Notes under the pieces: model-generated
The model's input: only the letters and a program-made list of their open reading frames with translations
What the model was told of the DNA's origin: nothing
Database searches by the model: none
Translations under genes and position numbers: made by a program
Assembly (NCBI RefSeq): GCF_947494015.1
Contig: NZ_CANLTL010000018.1
Coordinates: forward strand, 15,429 to 79,428
Direction: 5' to 3'
Source: an uncultured Cellulomonas sp.
Lineage (GTDB): Bacteria > Actinomycetota > Actinomycetes > Actinomycetales > Cellulomonadaceae
Length of the DNA: 64,000 nucleotides
Shown: piece by piece, positions 1 to 7,578 of the stretch
How the letters are laid out: every line of letters starts with the position of its first letter
How positions within the stretch are numbered: position 1 is the stretch's first letter

Positions 1-1106
1 CCGGCCGGCAACCCGGTGGGCACGAGCCCCAGCGGGTCGCCGCCGCCGGCGCGGACCTCGGCGGCGAGGTCGGCGTAGGCGTCCGCGGCGGCGTCGAGCA
101 GCACGTCGGTGAGCGGGCCGCGGCGCACCCGGCGTCGGGACGGGTCCAGCGGGAGGGTCGCGATCAGCAGCGCGGGCAGCGCGGTGGTGTCGTCGGTCGG
201 CGTCGGCGCGTGCACGACGCCGCCCCACGCACCGGCCTCGGCGCCGGGCCCGGACGCACGCGGCAGCGCCCAGGTCACCCGCCACTCGCGCGCGGCGCGC
301 TCCTCGACCGGACGGTCCGCGACCAGGGCGAGGTCGAGCGTGCCGCCGCGGCGCACGACGTGCCAGCGGCGCTCGACGTCGGCGAGCCGCCGACGCCCGC
401 CACCCCAGGACTCGTCGACCTCCACGACGACCTCGGCGAGGGCCGGCAGCGCGAGCAGCAGCGGGTCCGCGACCGCGGCGAGCTGCGCGGCCACCTCGGC
501 GGCGGCGGCGTCGTCGCGCAGCACCGCCTCGACCGCGGTGTCGTAGCCGCCCGGCGGGCGGCCGTCGTCGGGCTCGGGCAGCCGCAGGGCCGGCAGGGAG
601 CCGTCCCGGCGGCGGACCTCGTCGGCCAGCTCGGGATGGTCGGCGGCGAGCCGGCCCAGCGTCTCGCCGGTGCGCGCGAGGGAGAAGCGGACCGAGCCCG
701 ACGTCGAGCGGACCGCGATCTCGTCGGCGACGGCCCGCACGGCGGCGAACCCGACGCCGAACCGGCCCACCACCGCGGCGCCCGGCGAGCCGCGCTTGGC
801 CGAGGCCCGCAGCGACGCGAGGGACGCGACCCCGGCGGGGTCCAGCGGGGCGCCGGTGTTCGCGGCGAGCAGCCGGGCCACGCCGGCGGACCGGGTCAGG
901 CGCAGCAGCAGCCGGCCGGGCACGCCGGCGCGGGCGGCGGCGTCCGCGGCGTTCTGGGCCAGCTCGACGACGACCCGGTCCCGGTAGTGACCGCGGGCGT
1001 GGTCCTCCTCGGCGTTGGCGTCCTCACGCAACCGGGCGGGCGATGCCGCCCACGCCCCGAGGACCGCGGCGCGCAGCGCCGCCGTCCCGAAGGCGTCGAA
1101 CGTCAC
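1..1106 (-). CDS. Sacsin/Hsp90-like GHKL ATPase-domain protein, N-terminal part only (gene runs off the left edge)
   Basis: My own minus-strand translation from GTG at 1106 reads VTFDAFGTAALRAAVLGAWAASPARLREDANAEEDHARGHYRDRVVVELAQNAADAAARAGVPGRLLLRL...GRFGVGFAAV. ELxQNAxDA plus GRFGxGF is the sacsin-type HATPase pattern. I checked every tca/cta/tta in this frame from 1 to 1103 and found no in-frame stop. It is absent from the ORF track because it has no stop inside the window. The GTG overlaps the upstream TGA (GTGA at 1103-1106). Confidence 0.6.
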   Translation of the reverse strand, partial: MTFDAFGTAALRAAVLGAWAASPARLREDANAEEDHARGHYRDRVVVELAQNAADAAARAGVPGRLLLRLTRSAGVARLLAANTGAPLDPAGVASLASLRASAKRGSPGAAVVGRFGVGFAAVRAVADEIAVRSTSGSVRFSLARTGETLGRLAADHPELADEVRRRDGSLPALRLPEPDDGRPPGGYDTAVEAVLRDDAAAAEVAAQLAAVADPLLLALPALAEVVVEVDESWGGGRRRLADVERRWHVVRRGGTLDLALVADRPVEERAAREWRVTWALPRASGPGAEAGAWGGVVHAPTPTDDTTALPALLIATLPLDPSRRRVRRGPLTDVLLDAAADAYADLAAEVRAGGGDPLGLVPTGLPA

Positions 1107-2029
1107 CGCTCGGGCTGGTCGTCGGCCTCGGGCTGGTCGTCGGCCTGGGGTCCGTCGCCGGGCTCGGGTCGCCCGCCGGGCTCCAGCGCGGCGTCGGGGT
1201 CGGGCTCGGCGTCGACCGCGAGGGCGCCGTCGACCGCGACGGCGTCCGCGTCGCCGGACCTCCCGGCCGGCTCCGCCTCGGCGCGCACCACCACCTCGAC
1301 GTCGCTCTCGTCGATCGACGGCGCCGGCGCCGGCCACTCGCTGGGCTGCGGCTCGACGTCGGTCTCCGAGTGCGCCCCGCAGCCGTGGTCCAGGCTGACG
1401 ACCTTGCCGTCGTCGGGCGACCACTCGTTGGCGCAGACGCCGAACACGGTGCCCAGCGACCCGGCGAGCCGCACCAGGAAGCCGCAGCTGCCGCAGGGCG
1501 CGGCGGCGGCCAGCGCGGCCGGCGACGTCGGCCCGTGCGAGCCTGCGTACCAGCGGTCCGCGGCGCGGTCCCGGCCCTCCGGGGACAGCACCCGGACCCG
1601 TGCCAGCGCGAGCTCCTCGATCGCGACCCGGTCCTCGTCCTCGTCACCGGTCGGCACGTAGCCGGGCTCCAGGCGCGGGTCGTCCGGGGAGAACGGCAGC
1701 ACGTCGCCGGGGCCGACGTCGCCCGGGCGCAGCCGCTCGGCCCACGGCACCCACGCTCGCGCCAGCACGGCACCGTCGCCCGGCAGCAGGACGGCCTCGC
1801 ACACCGTGGCGGTCCGCGCCCGCGGCACGCGGGTCACGGTCACCGTCCAGTGCCAGCCGCGGTAGCCCGGCGCGGTGCACGCGAACCGGTGCGACACCAG
1901 CCGCTCGCCCTCGACCACCACACCGAGGTGCTCGCCGACGTGGTCGGCGTTCTCCGCGACCTCGACGGCCGCGGCCCGGGCCAGGTCGACGGCCGAGCCG
2001 AGGACGGCGTCCTTCGTCGCGGTCGCCAC
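1103..2029 (-). CDS. DUF3027 domain-containing protein (Cys-rich, acidic tail)
   Basis: 308-aa ORF with a GTG start. APCGSCGFLVRLAGSLGTVFGVCANEWSPDDGKVVSLDHGCGAHSE matches my memory of DUF3027. It starts 1 nt after the csp stop. Confidence 0.8.
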   Translation of the reverse strand: MATATKDAVLGSAVDLARAAAVEVAENADHVGEHLGVVVEGERLVSHRFACTAPGYRGWHWTVTVTRVPRARTATVCEAVLLPGDGAVLARAWVPWAERLRPGDVGPGDVLPFSPDDPRLEPGYVPTGDEDEDRVAIEELALARVRVLSPEGRDRAADRWYAGSHGPTSPAALAAAAPCGSCGFLVRLAGSLGTVFGVCANEWSPDDGKVVSLDHGCGAHSETDVEPQPSEWPAPAPSIDESDVEVVVRAEAEPAGRSGDADAVAVDGALAVDAEPDPDAALEPGGRPEPGDGPQADDQPEADDQPER

Positions 2030-2030
2030 G

Positions 2031-2414
2031 TCAGCCCTCGAGGGCGTCGGCGACGACGCGCAGCACCGAGGCGTACTTCTCGCCGACGGCCTTGTCGGGG
2101 TAGCGGCCTCGGCGCAGGTCGTTGCCGACCCGGTCGAGCACCTTGATGAGGTCCTCGACGATCACGGCCATGTCCTCGGCCGGCTTGCGCGCGGCCTTCG
2201 CCACGGACGGCACCGGGTCCAGCACCTTCACGGACAGCGCCTGCGGGCCCCGGCGGCCGTCGGCGACGCCGAAGTCCACCTTGGTCCCGGGCTTGGGCGC
2301 GGCGACCCCCGCGGGCAGCGCCGAGGCGTGGAGGAAGACCTCGTCCCCCTCGTCGCTCGCGATGAAGCCGAAGCCACGCTCGGTGTCGAACCACTTGACC
2401 TTGCCGGTGGGCAC
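2031..2414 (-). CDS. Cold-shock domain protein, long form (CSD plus about 60-aa C-terminal extension, Mtb CspB-like)
   Basis: KVKWFDTERGFGFI (RNP1) and DEVFLHASAL (RNP2-like) are present. GAGG lies 5 nt upstream of the GTG start. Confidence 0.9.
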   Translation of the reverse strand: MPTGKVKWFDTERGFGFIASDEGDEVFLHASALPAGVAAPKPGTKVDFGVADGRRGPQALSVKVLDPVPSVAKAARKPAEDMAVIVEDLIKVLDRVGNDLRRGRYPDKAVGEKYASVLRVVADALEG

Positions 2415-2505
2415 TGGAACCTCGATGAGTCGTCGGACAACCCTGACCGCGCAAGTTTACCGGCGCCGGGCGGCGGTCGCCGCCGCCCGCGTACCGTGGG
2501 GCACG

Positions 2506-4800
2506 ATGGCCACCTTCAGCGAGCACCTGCGTGCCCGCAGCGACCCCGAGCTCGTGGACCTGCTCGCGCGGCGCCCGGACCTGGCCAACCCGTCGCCGTC
2601 CACGATCGCCTCCCTCGCCGCCCGTGCCGGCAGCCGGGTCAGCCTCGAGCGTGCCCTGACCGGCGTCGACGCGTCGGTGCTGCAGGTGCTCGAGTCGGTG
2701 GTCGCCCTCGGCGGCGACCACGCCGGAGGCGCGGTGCCGGCCGCCGACGTCGCCCGCGCCGTCGGGGCCACCGGGGACGGCACCGCACGCACCGGCGTCG
2801 AGGACGCCGTCACCGAGGCCACCGCCCTGGCCCTGCTGTGGGGCGACGACGCCGGCCTGCACCCCTCCCCCGGCCTGGCCGACGTGCTCGGGCCCTACCC
2901 GGCCGGGCTCGGTCCCGTCGTCGACGACGTCCCGGACGACCTCGCCCCGCTGCTCGCCGAGGCGCCACCCGCGGCCCGCAGCGTGCTCGACGCGCTCACC
3001 TGGGGCCCCCCGGTCGGCCGGCGGCCGGCCGCCGACGCCGTCGAGGCCCGCCGGGCCGTGGAGTGGCTGCTCACGCGGGGCCTGCTCGCCCGCGCCGACA
3101 CCGCCCACGTCGTGCTCCCCCGCCGGGTCGGCCTGGCGCTGCGGGACGGGCGCACGCACGCCCACCCCGAGACGCACTGCCCCCACCCGACCGGCACGGT
3201 CCACCCGGAGACCACCGTCGAGGCCGAGTCGGCCGGCGCGGCGCAGGAGATCGTGCGGCTGGTCGCCGCGCTGGTGCACCTGTGGGAACGCACCCCGCCG
3301 AACGTGCTCCGCTCGGGCGGCCTGGGGGTGCGCGAGCTGCGCCGGGCAGCCGGGGCCCTGGAGACGGACGAGGGGCTCGCGGCACTCGTGGTCGAGGTCG
3401 CCGGCGCGGCCGGCTTCGTGGTCGACGACGGCGAGGACCCGCCCGCCTTCTCCCCCACGGTCGACGTCGACGCCTGGTGGGACACCGACCTGGCCGCCCG
3501 GTGGGCGGTCCTGGCCGGCGCCTGGCTGGCGACCCCGCGCACGCCGTGGGTCGTGGGCGGCCGCGACGAGCGCGGTGAGCTGCGGGCCGCGCTGGACCCC
3601 GAGCTGGCCCGGCCGTGGGCGCCGCGCCTGCGCCGGGCGGTCCTGGAGATCCTCGCCGCCCGGGAGCCCGGCACCGCGCTGACCGCGGACGACGTCCTGA
3701 CCGTCCTGCGCTGGCGCGCACCCCGCTCGGTCCCCCCGCCGGCGGCGGTCGAGGCGATCCTGCGCGAGGCCGGTCACCTGGGCGTGCTGGGCGCCGGCGC
3801 GCTGTCCCGGGCGGGCCGGGCGCTGCTCGAGCCGGACGCCGGCGACGCGGCAGCCGCGATGGCCGCGGCCCTGCCGGAGCCGGTGGACGACGTGCTGCTG
3901 CAGGGCGACCTGACCGGCATCGTGCCCGGGCGGCCCACCCCGGCGCTCGCGGCGCTGCTCGACCGCGCGACCCGGGTCGAGTCGCGCGGCGCCGCGCTCA
4001 CCGTGCGGTTCACGGCCCAGTCCGTCGAGGAGGCGCTGGACTCCGGGCAGAGCGCGGACGAGCTGCTCGCCGAGCTCGCCGCGCACGCGCGCGGACCGCT
4101 GCCGCAGCCACTGGAGTACCTCGTGCGGGACACCGCCCGCCGCCACGGCCGGCTGCGGGTCGGCAGCGCCGGCGGGTACGTGCGGGTGGAGGACCCGACC
4201 CTGCTGGCCGGCCTCGTCGAGGACCCCGCGCTCGCCGAGCTCGGGCTGGTCCGGCTGGCGCCGACGGTGCTGGCCGCCCAGGTCGGCCCGGCGGCGCTGC
4301 TCGCCGCACTGCGCGCCCGCGGCCTGGCACCGGCCGCCGAGCGACCCGACGGCCAGGTGGTGCTCGCCCGCCCACTCGTGCGCCGCGTCCCCGGCCGTGG
4401 ACGACGGCGCAGGGGCGCCATCGCCGGCGCCGGTGGTCCCGCCGAGGCCCCGGTCACGACGACGGCCGCCACCCAGCGGCTGCGCTCGCTGGTGCCGGCC
4501 CTGCGCCGCGCGGAGGCGCTGCAGCAGTCCGGCGCGGCGCCCGGCGCGCCCGGGGCCGCGGGAACACCGGACCCCGTCGCGGCGTTGGCCACCCTGCGGG
4601 AGGCGGTCGCGGACGGACGAGAGGTCTGGCTGGAGATCGTCGGCCCGGACGGCGCGCCGCAACGGCGGCGGGTGCGCCCGGTGCGGGTGGACGGCGGCCG
4701 GGTCCGGGCGGTGGACAGCGCCCGCGACGCCGAGCTGACCGTGGCCGTGCACCGCATCGCCGCCGTGACCCCGATCGACCCGGAGGACGCCCCTTCATGA
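2506..4800 (+). CDS. Helicase-associated protein of unknown function (XPB partner, Mtb Rv0862c-like position)
   Basis: Start moved to ATG 2506 (MATFSEHLRARSDPELVDLLARRPDLANPSPSTIASLAARA) inside ORF 2122..4800. The stop overlaps the XPB start (ATGA at 4797-4800). I recognise no catalytic motif. Confidence 0.75.
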   Translation: MATFSEHLRARSDPELVDLLARRPDLANPSPSTIASLAARAGSRVSLERALTGVDASVLQVLESVVALGGDHAGGAVPAADVARAVGATGDGTARTGVEDAVTEATALALLWGDDAGLHPSPGLADVLGPYPAGLGPVVDDVPDDLAPLLAEAPPAARSVLDALTWGPPVGRRPAADAVEARRAVEWLLTRGLLARADTAHVVLPRRVGLALRDGRTHAHPETHCPHPTGTVHPETTVEAESAGAAQEIVRLVAALVHLWERTPPNVLRSGGLGVRELRRAAGALETDEGLAALVVEVAGAAGFVVDDGEDPPAFSPTVDVDAWWDTDLAARWAVLAGAWLATPRTPWVVGGRDERGELRAALDPELARPWAPRLRRAVLEILAAREPGTALTADDVLTVLRWRAPRSVPPPAAVEAILREAGHLGVLGAGALSRAGRALLEPDAGDAAAAMAAALPEPVDDVLLQGDLTGIVPGRPTPALAALLDRATRVESRGAALTVRFTAQSVEEALDSGQSADELLAELAAHARGPLPQPLEYLVRDTARRHGRLRVGSAGGYVRVEDPTLLAGLVEDPALAELGLVRLAPTVLAAQVGPAALLAALRARGLAPAAERPDGQVVLARPLVRRVPGRGRRRRGAIAGAGGPAEAPVTTTAATQRLRSLVPALRRAEALQQSGAAPGAPGAAGTPDPVAALATLREAVADGREVWLEIVGPDGAPQRRRVRPVRVDGGRVRAVDSARDAELTVAVHRIAAVTPIDPEDAPS

Positions 4801-6449
4801 CCGACGGACCGCTGATCGTCCAGAGCGACAAGACGCTGCTGCTCGAGGTCGACCACGACCAGGCCGAGGCCTGCCGCCGCGCGATCGCCCCGTTCGCCGA
4901 GCTCGAGCGCGCCCCCGAGCACGTGCACACCTACCGGCTGACGCCGCTGGGCCTGTGGAACGCCCGCGCCGCCGGGCACGACGCCGAGCAGGTCGTCAGC
5001 GCGCTGCTGGAGTACTCGCGCTACCCCGTCCCGCACGCCCTGCTGGTGGACGTCGCCGAGACGATGTCCCGGTTCGGCCGCCTCCAGCTGGTGAGCCACC
5101 CGGTGCACGGCCTGGTGCTGCACGCCGTCGACCGGGCCGTGCTCGAGGAGGTGCTGCGCTCGCGGCGCACCGCCGGCCTGGTCGGCGAGCGCCTGGACGA
5201 CACCGACGTCGTCGTGCACCCCTCCGAGCGCGGTCACCTCAAGCAGGTGCTGCTCAAGCTCGGCTGGCCCGCGGAGGACCTGGCCGGCTACGTCGACGGC
5301 GAGGCGCACCCGATCGACCTGGACACCAGCAGCTGGTCGCTGCGCCCCTACCAGCAGCAGGCCGTGGACGGCTTCTGGCACGGCGGGTCCGGCGTCGTGG
5401 TGCTGCCCTGCGGCGCGGGCAAGACCCTGGTCGGCGCCGGGGCGATGGCACGCTCGGGCACGACGACGCTCATCCTGGTCACCAACACCGTCTCGGCCCG
5501 GCAGTGGCGCGACGAGCTGGTCAAGCGCACGACGCTCACCGAGGACGAGATCGGCGAGTACTCCGGCGCCCGCAAGGAGATCCGCCCGGTCACCATCGCG
5601 ACCTACCAGGTGCTGACCACGAAGCGGAAGGGCGTCTACACGCACCTGGAGCTGCTGGACGCCCGGGACTGGGGCCTGGTCGTGTACGACGAGGTCCACC
5701 TGCTGCCGGCGCCGATCTTCCGGATGACCGCGGACCTGCAGGCGCGCCGGCGGCTCGGGCTGACGGCGACCCTGGTGCGTGAGGACGGCCGTGAGGACGA
5801 GGTGTTCTCGCTCATCGGGCCCAAGCGGTTCGACGCCCCGTGGAAGGACATCGAGGCGCAGGGCTACATCGCGCCCGCGGACTGCGTGGAGGTGCGCCTG
5901 ACCCTGCCGGACCGCGACCGCATGCTCTACGCGACCGCCGAGCCGGAGGAGAAGTACCGGCTCGCCGCGACCGCCGCCGGCAAGAACCGGGTGGTCGAGC
6001 AGCTCGTCGCCAAGCACGAGGGCGACCCGACGCTGATCATCGGGCAGTACCTCGACCAGCTCGAGGAGCTCGGCGAGCACCTGGACGCGCCGGTCCTGAC
6101 CGGCGCCACCACGGTCACCGAGCGGCAGCGGCTGTACGACGCCTTCCGGGCCGGCGAGATCACCAAGCTGGTCGTGTCCAAGGTCGCCAACTTCTCGATC
6201 GACCTGCCCGAGGCGTCCGTGGCGATCCAGGTGTCCGGCTCGTTCGGCTCGCGGCAGGAGGAGGCCCAGCGCCTGGGCCGCCTGCTGCGCCCCAAGGGCG
6301 ACGGCCGCACCGCGCACTTCTACACCGTCGTCGCCCGGGACACCGTCGACCAGGAGTTCGCCGCCCACCGCCAGCGGTTCCTGGCCGAGCAGGGCTACGC
6401 CTACACGATCGTCGACGCCGAGGACCTCGTCACCGACCCGAACGGGTGA
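4797..6449 (+). CDS. xpb: DNA repair helicase XPB (ERCC3-like SF2 helicase)
   Basis: The true start is MTDGPLIVQSDKTLLLEV at 4797, with GGAGGA 9 nt upstream. Walker A is VLPCGAGKTLVG, the DEVH box is VYDEVHLLP, and TATLVRED and SFGSRQEEAQRLGRLLR are also present. Confidence 0.92.
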   Translation: MTDGPLIVQSDKTLLLEVDHDQAEACRRAIAPFAELERAPEHVHTYRLTPLGLWNARAAGHDAEQVVSALLEYSRYPVPHALLVDVAETMSRFGRLQLVSHPVHGLVLHAVDRAVLEEVLRSRRTAGLVGERLDDTDVVVHPSERGHLKQVLLKLGWPAEDLAGYVDGEAHPIDLDTSSWSLRPYQQQAVDGFWHGGSGVVVLPCGAGKTLVGAGAMARSGTTTLILVTNTVSARQWRDELVKRTTLTEDEIGEYSGARKEIRPVTIATYQVLTTKRKGVYTHLELLDARDWGLVVYDEVHLLPAPIFRMTADLQARRRLGLTATLVREDGREDEVFSLIGPKRFDAPWKDIEAQGYIAPADCVEVRLTLPDRDRMLYATAEPEEKYRLAATAAGKNRVVEQLVAKHEGDPTLIIGQYLDQLEELGEHLDAPVLTGATTVTERQRLYDAFRAGEITKLVVSKVANFSIDLPEASVAIQVSGSFGSRQEEAQRLGRLLRPKGDGRTAHFYTVVARDTVDQEFAAHRQRFLAEQGYAYTIVDAEDLVTDPNG

Positions 6450-6478
6450 GCCGGCCGGTGTGTCCGGTCTGTCCCGGT

Positions 6479-6507
6479 TTGACATGGTCTGACCGGTACC
6501 GCAGCAT
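6479..6507 (+). promoter_or_regulatory. Candidate sigma70-type promoter TTGACA-N17-CAGCAT upstream of the ATP-grasp gene
   Basis: A perfect TTGACA lies at 6479-6484, followed by a 17-nt spacer and CAGCAT (A2 and T6 conserved) at 6502-6507. A perfect -35 hexamer stands out in this GC-rich background. Confidence 0.3.
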
Positions 6508-6596
6508 CGCCGGGCATCTGTGCGTGGAGTCGGCCGTCGGTGGACCGCGACGGTGCTGCCGGTCAGCACCGAGCGGGACCGGCGGAGGAGGACGAC

Positions 6597-7559
6597 GTGC
6601 CCCCGGTGATCCACGACCTCGCCCCGGAGTCCGCGCCGCCGCGGACGTCGTCCGACCGCTGGGCGGCGGTGGGCCGGCTGGGCGACCGGGTCTGGTCCCG
6701 GATGCGCCGACGCTCGGGGCTGCAGTCCCTGTACCGCCGCGGCCCGCTCACGCTGCGCCGGTCCGTCCACTACCTGCGCTACTACGGCCGCCTGCCCCGT
6801 CTGGTGCGGCCCCGGACCCTGAACGAGAAGGTCAACTGGCGCATCTGCTTCGACCGCCGCGAGCTGCTGTCGTGGACGTGCGACAAGCTGCGGATGAAGC
6901 AGGAGGCGCAGCGCCGCGACCCGGGCATCGCGGTGCCCGCGACCCTGTGGCAGGGCACCGACCTCGCCGAGCTCGCGGCGCTGCCGCTGCCGGACCGCTG
7001 GGTGCTCAAGGCCAACCACTCCTCCCAGCTGGTGCACCTGGGCGCCGGCCGGCCGTCGGTGGCCGAGCTGGAGCAGGTCACGCGGGGCTGGCTCACCCCC
7101 AGCTACCAGGAGACCGTCTTCGGCGAGTGGGCCTACCAGCAGGCCGAGGTGTGCCTGCTCGTCGAGGAGTGGATCGGGGACGACGACGGCGCACCGCCGG
7201 CCGACCTGAAGTTCCTGTGCTTCGACGGCCGGGTGGCGGTGATCCAGGTGCACCTGTCCCGGTACTCCGACCACACCGTGGCCTTCTACGACCCGTCGTG
7301 GCGCCGGCTGCCGGTGACGGCGTCCAAGACCCCGCCCGCCCCCGAGATCCCCGCACCGCGCAACCTCGCGCAGCTGCTCGAGCACGCGCAGCGGCTGTCG
7401 GCCGGCTTCGACTTCATCCGCGTCGACCTGTACGACACCGACCGCGGGGTCGTCTTCGGCGAGTTCACCCCGTACCCGGCGAGCGGGCTGGTCGAGTTCG
7501 AGCCCGCTGGCTTCGACCGGTACCTCGGCGACCTCTGGACGCTGCCCCGCCGGCGCTGA
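6597..7559 (+). CDS. ATP-grasp fold amidoligase family protein (TupA-like)
   Basis: TLNEKVNWRICFDRRELL, LPDRWVLKANHSSQLVHL and DLKFLCFDGRVAVIQVHLSRYSDHTVAFYDPSWRRLP match the TupA-like ATP-grasp pattern. GTG 6597 is preferred because GGAGGAGGA lies just upstream. The ORF is open from 6540. Confidence 0.8.
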   Translation: MPPVIHDLAPESAPPRTSSDRWAAVGRLGDRVWSRMRRRSGLQSLYRRGPLTLRRSVHYLRYYGRLPRLVRPRTLNEKVNWRICFDRRELLSWTCDKLRMKQEAQRRDPGIAVPATLWQGTDLAELAALPLPDRWVLKANHSSQLVHLGAGRPSVAELEQVTRGWLTPSYQETVFGEWAYQQAEVCLLVEEWIGDDDGAPPADLKFLCFDGRVAVIQVHLSRYSDHTVAFYDPSWRRLPVTASKTPPAPEIPAPRNLAQLLEHAQRLSAGFDFIRVDLYDTDRGVVFGEFTPYPASGLVEFEPAGFDRYLGDLWTLPRRR

Positions 7560-7578
7560 CCACCACCCAGGAGCGCAC

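Noticed and set aside
3615-4796. N-terminal extensions of listed ORFs beyond the starts I chose. Examples are 3615..4796 before XPB, 9308..10108 before the TPM gene, 24807..26378 before otsA, 52761..54143 before DUF2520, 62276..63820 before the triple-repeat gene and 16582..17148 before DUF4031.
   Set aside because: The extensions overlap other well-supported genes in a different frame or strand and are Arg/Pro-rich. The homologous protein N-termini begin at internal ATG/GTG codons that have SD-like motifs or ATGA/GTGA coupling.
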